Shown here: one piece after another, positions 59,201 to 64,000 of the stretch
Position numbering within the stretch: the stretch's first letter is position 1
How the letters are laid out: each line of letters opens with the position of its first letter
Source: Ignavibacteria bacterium
Lineage (GTDB): Bacteria; Bacteroidota; Ignavibacteria; Kapaibacteriales; UBA4661
DNA length: 64,000 nt
Direction of reading: 5' to 3'
Assembly: GCA_014654705.1 (NCBI GenBank)
Contig: JACVZY010000111.1
Span: 54,785-118,784 of the forward strand
The notes under the pieces: generated by a model
The model's database searches: none
What the model was told of the DNA's origin: nothing
What the model saw: only the letters and a program-made list of their open reading frames with translations
Translations under genes and position numbers: made by a program

Positions 59201-61002
59201 AAGGCGATGACGAAGATGTTTTGACGGGCTTCCAAATCATTACTGAATCCTCGTTCGATGTTGCATTTCGCGTGAGAAATTTTTCTCCCGTGCGTTTGGA
59301 GCCTGGAAATTCGATTTTGCTGACGATCGAGTTCTTGCCGGATGGCGAGGGGCTGAGGCGAAATTCTATGCGAATGCAAACGCAAGATACCTTCACAAGT
59401 AGCGCCACAGTAGTCTTGCGCGGGCGCGGTCAGTCGCTTTCACCACCGACGCTTTTGTTTCCCCGCAGTGGAGGCACGGTGCCAGGAAGCACTACATTGC
59501 TCCAGTGGCAAGCTGCGCCTGCAGCAACGCACTACGAAGTGGCACTTGATGTGGCAAATAATAGCCGAAGCCTTCTGAATCGCATTGCTGCTAGCTCCGT
59601 AACACCGAGCGCATCAGTGGCGATACTGCAGAATCAAACATACTATTGGACGGTGCGCTCTCTGGCTATAAATGGCACGGATACTCTCGCTCGCAGCGCA
59701 TGGCAGCAATGGCAGTTTTTCTCAAGCGGCGTGGAATCGCGTGTTTCCGTGCCGCCTGTGCTGGATTTTGGAGTGATAATGCAAGAGCAAGGTGAAAGCC
59801 CGCCACGCGCTCAGCCTATATCAGTTTCCTCTGGCTCATGGCGTGTTCTGGATGTGAGTATTGTTCAGGAGGGTGATGCGGCGAGTAACGATTCACGCGC
59901 TTTTCGGATTCTGAATAGGGACTTACTTTTGAGTACAGGTTCTATTCTGCTTCCCTCGCCAGAATCATACACGATTGCTGCGGCTTTTCGCCCGCCGGAA
60001 CTGCGCACACGACCGTATTCAGCGATTGCAGAGATGCGAGTTCAAAATACTTCTTCTGGCGAAACGGTTATCGTCCCTTTCCAGCTTCGTGGACAGTCGG
60101 CACAATGTCCGCAAACAAGCACGAGCATTGGGAATCAGGGGTGTCCCGAAGCAGTCTTGCGGCTGCAAGTATCACCGAGCAAAGCCCTGTTTGCTCCGGG
60201 CGACGAAGTTCGCTTGCAAATTCAGCTTGTGCAACTATCGAATTTGACACCCAATCTTGAGCGCTTCCTCCGACAACTACGCCTCACGCTTGATGTGCAG
60301 AACATCACGCTTCTTTCTTTTGTCAATAGGCTCTCGTCGGGAACAGCAGTTGCGGGTGATTCAAGTGTCCGCGTCGTTTCATATACCGCCGCTTCCGGCA
60401 TACCTTTTTCACCAAGTACGCTGAGCAATACCGACGGAAAAATCCGTCTCGACCTAGTGCGCCCAGCGAATGCGGTGCAAAATGTCGTCTTGGGCGAACT
60501 CACAGGCAAGGCTGTGATTGGGCTTCGCGGCTTGGGAGCTAGTCCCGAAGAGTCTATTACCGCCGCAACCATAAGTATTGCCAACGTACAATGGCTGAGC
60601 GATACCCGCGAAACACTTGATTCGGGGCAGGTTATCACATGGGGTGATGCGCGTGGACTCCCGATTACGCTTCAGCGTGTCTCTGTGACGGTCAATACCT
60701 GCCAAACAACACAGGGGTCGCTTGTTCTAACCGCAACCTTGCCCGTCAGCATCAAACCACTTGCTCCCAATCCCGTACAGGATGAAACCACCATCACATT
60801 TTCATTACAAGAACAAGGGTGGACAGAATTGGAACTCATAAACGGCTTTGGGCAATCAGTGAAGAAAATTCTGCAATCCGCAATGCTTCCTGGCGAATAC
60901 TCCGTGCGCTTTTCAGTGACCGAGTTTCCATCGGGGTCATATTTTCTACTGCTCAGAACGCCTTTTGAATCAGCACAGCGCAGAATGGAGATTGTGCGAT
61001 GA
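56248..61002 (+). CDS. large secreted BNR/Asp-box repeat protein with IPT/TIG and Ig-like domains and a T9SS C-terminal sorting domain (1584 aa)
   Basis: At least 9 S-x-D-x-G-x-[ST]-W repeats (SADDGLTW, SRDDGASW, SSDNGQTW and others). An IPT-like segment (ITAFQP...LTIAGTNF) is present. The C-terminal roughly 80 aa (PNPVQDETTITFSL...GEYSVRFSV...GSYFLLLRT) look like a Por secretion tail. Confidence 0.8.
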   Translation: MDNASSFRNFFRNFLCSFLLWGILFAVYVTTSLNAQMVHIQRGNGPFSGRAKSLVAHNGQLFVVVTDADSYTLNSSTGNKTFVQNGIYRSADDGLTWGVVSSFPVPALASSLFSHAGTLYVLTSGAGLQLYRSRDDGASWEGIPSGSVSAVTHLVAFGDTLFARTGLETRISAMVLSADSGKTWSLVSSPGSIGSVVASRSRTVAGRSLLFGGSPNGLLRSIDRGTSWPIVPTTPAISSVIVYDVATKANDNLFLATNQGVLTSSDNGQTWRSFNSGLETKIARSLALKGETLFAATNDGLYTSTGATWQRVNTGFLNVGGESLTLLNHENKLYAGTQNGVFRAESSSSGTLGVWEQVNRGLPGARVEKGGLALSSGTTFLAASPNGGVFRTVSGGAWNPVSTGFPNTAATILVAAAQTSSAAAVATKNSVFSSVDAGASWRAASIGVGSGEITALESISSVAPGNERFLAGTLAGTIFRTNDNTAQTWSRLLSNPLEASGVRINSFLQSTASIFCATNEGLMVSNDAASSWSRLAETVFPRVPVLSLSASQGLLLAGSADGVYRSLDGGRSWKAPSAKIGAVTSLVAKNGLHYAGTEAGVFRSTDNGASWQSITLPDSVAVTAMVADSTRLMIGAVNGIYEYQLPSPLEFPRITAFQPSDSALVGLTDVILTIAGTNFSTTASVIFAGQVLTPQSASATQVVVRVPVALLQTLGTVQVEVVNSSTARTSAAFRIVPLPQDFPRLSISTKLDAFSTFLTQTSTSQRYTLSGTNVRDSVIVQAPQGFDLSADSGRTWLPVRLAFMPAAPSFSRDVFVRFRPALSQVVSGFITHSIGGIVLQSLAIAGNPRSLQLEISPLGTVTYGATRVGRSLRQSVLLVNPNPVSITVATIFTGAHASDFTASVQQIVLPPQGRATVDLVFAPRGRGERTAVVNFSGLASGQIALQGRGTQAVLTFSTPEIQFSTSAFVGQTLKLPAETVRITNEGDDEDVLTGFQIITESSFDVAFRVRNFSPVRLEPGNSILLTIEFLPDGEGLRRNSMRMQTQDTFTSSATVVLRGRGQSLSPPTLLFPRSGGTVPGSTTLLQWQAAPAATHYEVALDVANNSRSLLNRIAASSVTPSASVAILQNQTYYWTVRSLAINGTDTLARSAWQQWQFFSSGVESRVSVPPVLDFGVIMQEQGESPPRAQPISVSSGSWRVLDVSIVQEGDAASNDSRAFRILNRDLLLSTGSILLPSPESYTIAAAFRPPELRTRPYSAIAEMRVQNTSSGETVIVPFQLRGQSAQCPQTSTSIGNQGCPEAVLRLQVSPSKALFAPGDEVRLQIQLVQLSNLTPNLERFLRQLRLTLDVQNITLLSFVNRLSSGTAVAGDSSVRVVSYTAASGIPFSPSTLSNTDGKIRLDLVRPANAVQNVVLGELTGKAVIGLRGLGASPEESITAATISIANVQWLSDTRETLDSGQVITWGDARGLPITLQRVSVTVNTCQTTQGSLVLTATLPVSIKPLAPNPVQDETTITFSLQEQGWTELELINGFGQSVKKILQSAMLPGEYSVRFSVTEFPSGSYFLLLRTPFESAQRRMEIVR

Positions 61003-63260
61003 ACAGTAACATGCAATATTTAGCAAGCACATATTTAGCTAATACAATGCGGCATTACGCTAGGAATTATGTCTTGTTCAGGCATTTCTATCATTGTATT
61101 GCCGCTCTGCTTTTTGCCATACCGCAATTAGCTTGGGCGCAAGCAACCGCGCAGCCCGGCAGTACATCGCCTTGCGATACGATTCAGCGCGTGATTGTCA
61201 AGGACACCATACAGCCTTCGCAGGTCAGATTTGGCGCTGCTTTCGATGTCGCGCTTCCATTGGTGAATGCGAATTTTTCGGGGCTGCCGAGCGTTCCAAC
61301 GTGCTGCCCGGAATATCGTCCGCTCTCGGCTTTGGGTTTTGGTGTCGGGGTGTTTGGAGAAATACCATTTTCGCCGACACTGGGAGTTGGAGCGCGTCTG
61401 GGATTAAGTAGTTTTTCAATGAACTTTTCACAGCGCACGAATGTTCCTTTTGCGAACGCTACAAATATTGCTTCACCGCTTTCTGTGCCGCTTCTGTACT
61501 CGCTTACAACGTCGTTTCTGGCTCTTTCGCTTGAGCCATATCTTCTTTACCGACCGATAGCCATGCTGAGTGTTCATGCAGGCGTAGGCTTTTCAACATT
61601 ATTTTCCGGTTCGTACCGCCAAAGCGAACGATTAGATACGACGGGTTTGACCTTCAGCAATCTGCGCTCTGAGCGGAATGTTCTGTCAGGAACCATGTCC
61701 AACCTTGCATCCATCCTGCCTTCGGTTAAGGTCGGGGCAGCGTATGAAATTCCACTTGGAGCAAAAGGGCAGTGGCTCATCGCGCCGGAAGCCTCTTTTG
61801 CGCTGTCGTTTGGGAATCTTGTGAATGCTTTGCAAGGAGCAAACCCATTGTGGACAATGAGCGTTGCTCGTGTGGGAATGTCCGTGCGGTATTCGCCCGA
61901 GCGCACAACTCGCCTAAGTGCTGAGGAAATAGCGTCATTGCAAACCGTAGAAGATATTCGATACCAAAAAAAGCGTGAAGAGTGCGCACAAACAGCTCCC
62001 GTTCCGGCAAAGAAAAGTAATGTTGTTGTGGCGAAAATTACGTCTGTGAGCGGAATTAATGCGGACAGTACAGCAGTAGAAAATCCAACGGTTCGCATTG
62101 AAGAGTTTCTTGCGTCACGCTCGCGATACGTATTGAATACTATTTTCTTTGGCACTGCTTCGGCAGATATCGCGCCGCGCTACGAGCGAATTGGCGCAGC
62201 AGAAAGCGCAGGGTTTCGTTTGGAAAGTTTTGCTGAAGCTGGTGTATTGCAGATTTATTACCACGTGCTCAATATCATCGGAAAGCGGCTTTCGCTTAAC
62301 CCGAAGGCGGAAGTTACGCTTGTCGGTCATGCAGACGGCTTGTCAGAAAAAAATGATAAACGCCTTGCGCAATCCCGCGCTGAGAAAATAAAGGAGTATC
62401 TGACCACGACGTGGAGTATTTCGGAAAATCGCATTAAGACGCAAACCGCCGTCTCGCGCACTCCCACCGGCACGGATGGCGATGATGTGCTGGAAGCAGA
62501 AGAACAGCGCCGTGTGGAAATTCAATCGAACAGCCGAGCTATACTAGAAGAGTTGCGGTTTGATTATTTTGTACGTGTCATTGAGCCACCGACAATCCGC
62601 TTTACGGTAGATATTTCCTCGAACACTAAACTCAAAGAATGGTCGTTAGAAGTGAGGCAGCAAGATACGAGTAGTAATGCGGCTCGGCAAGCAGATGAGC
62701 GATTCAAAATGCTCTTTGAAAAACGTGGAACGGAGATTCCGGAAAACAAGACGTTTGTATGGGATGTCGCGAAGTCACAGAATGTACCGCAGTCCGGAGA
62801 GCCAATAGAAGCGCGACTTACGGCTTTGGAGGCGAGTTCAAATGCAGCATCGGATAAATCTATCCGCACAATTCCTGTCAGTTTGCTCAGTGTTGCCGAG
62901 AAAGAGCGTCAACGTGCTCCCGACAGGCGAACCGACAGTTACACGCTTTTTTCCTTTGCCTACGGAACAAATGCGCCCATAAGTGGTAATGCCGATGTAC
63001 AGCGCATTGTGGCTGCTATTAAGCAAACGCTGAAGCCCGGAGCGCAGGTAACTGTTTCGGGGTACACCGACACACGTGGTAATGAAATTACCAACGGTAT
63101 TCTCGCCCAACAGCGGGCAAACGCAGTCGCGGGCTTGATTGCCTTTCCCAATATGATTATCAATAGCTACGGTGCGACGAAAATCAATGACAACGCTCTG
63201 CCTGAAGGTCGCTTCTATAATCGTTTTGTGCAAGTGGATGTGCAAACACCGCTCAGGTAG
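60999..63260 (+). CDS. outer-membrane protein with N-terminal barrel-like region and two OmpA_C-like domains
   Basis: ATGA overlap with the upstream gene. OmpA-like motifs are TLVGHADGLSEKNDKRLAQSRAEKIKEYL...QRRVEI and VSGYTDTRGNEITNGILAQQRANAVAGL. Confidence 0.7.
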   Translation: MNSNMQYLASTYLANTMRHYARNYVLFRHFYHCIAALLFAIPQLAWAQATAQPGSTSPCDTIQRVIVKDTIQPSQVRFGAAFDVALPLVNANFSGLPSVPTCCPEYRPLSALGFGVGVFGEIPFSPTLGVGARLGLSSFSMNFSQRTNVPFANATNIASPLSVPLLYSLTTSFLALSLEPYLLYRPIAMLSVHAGVGFSTLFSGSYRQSERLDTTGLTFSNLRSERNVLSGTMSNLASILPSVKVGAAYEIPLGAKGQWLIAPEASFALSFGNLVNALQGANPLWTMSVARVGMSVRYSPERTTRLSAEEIASLQTVEDIRYQKKREECAQTAPVPAKKSNVVVAKITSVSGINADSTAVENPTVRIEEFLASRSRYVLNTIFFGTASADIAPRYERIGAAESAGFRLESFAEAGVLQIYYHVLNIIGKRLSLNPKAEVTLVGHADGLSEKNDKRLAQSRAEKIKEYLTTTWSISENRIKTQTAVSRTPTGTDGDDVLEAEEQRRVEIQSNSRAILEELRFDYFVRVIEPPTIRFTVDISSNTKLKEWSLEVRQQDTSSNAARQADERFKMLFEKRGTEIPENKTFVWDVAKSQNVPQSGEPIEARLTALEASSNAASDKSIRTIPVSLLSVAEKERQRAPDRRTDSYTLFSFAYGTNAPISGNADVQRIVAAIKQTLKPGAQVTVSGYTDTRGNEITNGILAQQRANAVAGLIAFPNMIINSYGATKINDNALPEGRFYNRFVQVDVQTPLR

Positions 63261-63323
63261 AAGGATGGTTCATTTTTTTTACGGCATCAATTCAGTTTTT
63301 ATCAATTCAAATTTAGGCTTACG

Positions 63324-63722
63324 ATGAAACGAGTAACCGGCATTGGTGGCATCTTTTTCAAGGTGCAGGATTTTCAACAGATGCGTTCTTGGTATAGCAA
63401 GCATTTAGGCATATCGACAGAAGAAGGTGGTTATGGCTTGTTTTGGTCGCGTGACGACGAGCGTCCGGAAGAAAGAAAATCAACAACGTGGTCTCTTTTT
63501 AAGGCTGATTCCGACTACTTCCAACCAAGCACAGCGCCATTTATGATCAATTATCGCGTCGAAAATCTCGTCGCGCTCTTGGAAGCATTGCGTAGTGAAG
63601 GAGTGAGGGTCGAAGATAAAATCGAGGAATTTGAATTTGGAAAATTCGGTTGGATTTACGACCCCGAAGGCAATAAAATAGAGTTGTGGGAGCCAATTGA
63701 TAAGCCATTTGAAGAGTCGTAA
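63324..63722 (+). CDS. VOC/glyoxalase-family protein
   Basis: 132 aa with paired beta-alpha-beta-beta-beta module motifs (GIGGIFFKVQD...; GWIYDPEGNKIELWEP). Confidence 0.7.
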   Translation: MKRVTGIGGIFFKVQDFQQMRSWYSKHLGISTEEGGYGLFWSRDDERPEERKSTTWSLFKADSDYFQPSTAPFMINYRVENLVALLEALRSEGVRVEDKIEEFEFGKFGWIYDPEGNKIELWEPIDKPFEES

Positions 63723-63800
63723 AGTATTTCACAATCCTTTTCCTACTCTTGCTTGCGCACCTTAAAAATATATTTCTGTTCAACTTTTTGAAAATAATCA

Positions 63801-64000
63801 ATGACAAATTTTCTCTTCCGCTCCGAACGGAGTAACACGGTTTTCCTTGGGACGCTATTCTTCCTTATATTTCTTTTTCAAGCCAAAGCCCAGCAAAGCC
63901 CAACAAGCGCTACCGAAGCGCAAAAGCAAGAAGTTATCGCCGTCATTCGGCAGATGTTTGAAGGGATGAAAGCGGGCGATAGTGCAAAAGTGAGCGCGAC
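63801..64000 (+). CDS. hypothetical secreted protein, 3' end outside window (possibly SnoaL/NTF2-like)
   Basis: ATG at 63801, then a hydrophobic signal-like segment, then EVIAVIRQMFEGMKAGDSAKV. The frame is open to the window end. Confidence 0.35.
   Translation, partial: MTNFLFRSERSNTVFLGTLFFLIFLFQAKAQQSPTSATEAQKQEVIAVIRQMFEGMKAGDSAKVSA

Noticed and set aside
1-64000. Canonical anti-phage defence systems (RM, CBASS, Thoeris, Gabija, retrons, TA pairs and others)
   Set aside because: No methyltransferase/endonuclease pairs, STAND/AAA ATPases, reverse transcriptases, cyclases, TIR/SIR2 domains or small toxin-antitoxin pairs were recognisable by eye. The only nuclease-like gene is a solitary Uma2-like ORF.

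Overview
64-kb window that looks like an FCB-group (Bacteroidota/Ignavibacteriota/Chlorobiota-like) bacterium. Support: a SusC/SusD pair, a T9SS C-terminal sorting domain and recurring TAnnTTTG promoter-like motifs, although Shine-Dalgarno sites are also common. I support about 55 protein genes and saw no rRNA, tRNA, CRISPR, transposase or integrase. Layout: (1) 1-9.5 kb holds four tandem paralogous FtsX/MacB-type permeases, one with a CBM48/AMPK-beta-like carbohydrate-binding insertion. (2) proBA and cysEK. (3) A LuxR-type response regulator, two histidine kinases and an OmpA/FecR membrane protein. (4) 20-28.6 kb has paaA, paaB and paaCD scattered around a complete plasmid-type replication module. 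That module is a Rep_3-like initiator translationally coupled to a DUF1285-like gene, a perfect DnaA box, about 14 copies of a 15-bp iteron (CCTGTAAAYGGGGAT) and an AT-rich tract. Duplicated lipoprotein genes, including two Bor-like ones, sit in the same region. (5) SusC/SusD, glutathione peroxidase, Tex, an alpha/beta hydrolase whose nucleophile Ser reads Gly, dut and a NUDIX hydrolase. (6) A tight five-gene type III PKS operon. (7) A VWA protein with an ECF sigma/anti-sigma pair. (8) A TPR protein, an MCP-like protein with a C-terminal cNMP-binding domain, and an orphan STAS protein. (9) GlgX. (10) A 1584-aa BNR/IPT T9SS-sorted protein coupled to a double-OmpA protein. I did not recognise a canonical defence system. 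The most unusual signal is the iteron origin embedded among core genes. All domain calls rest on motif recognition by eye, with no database search run.
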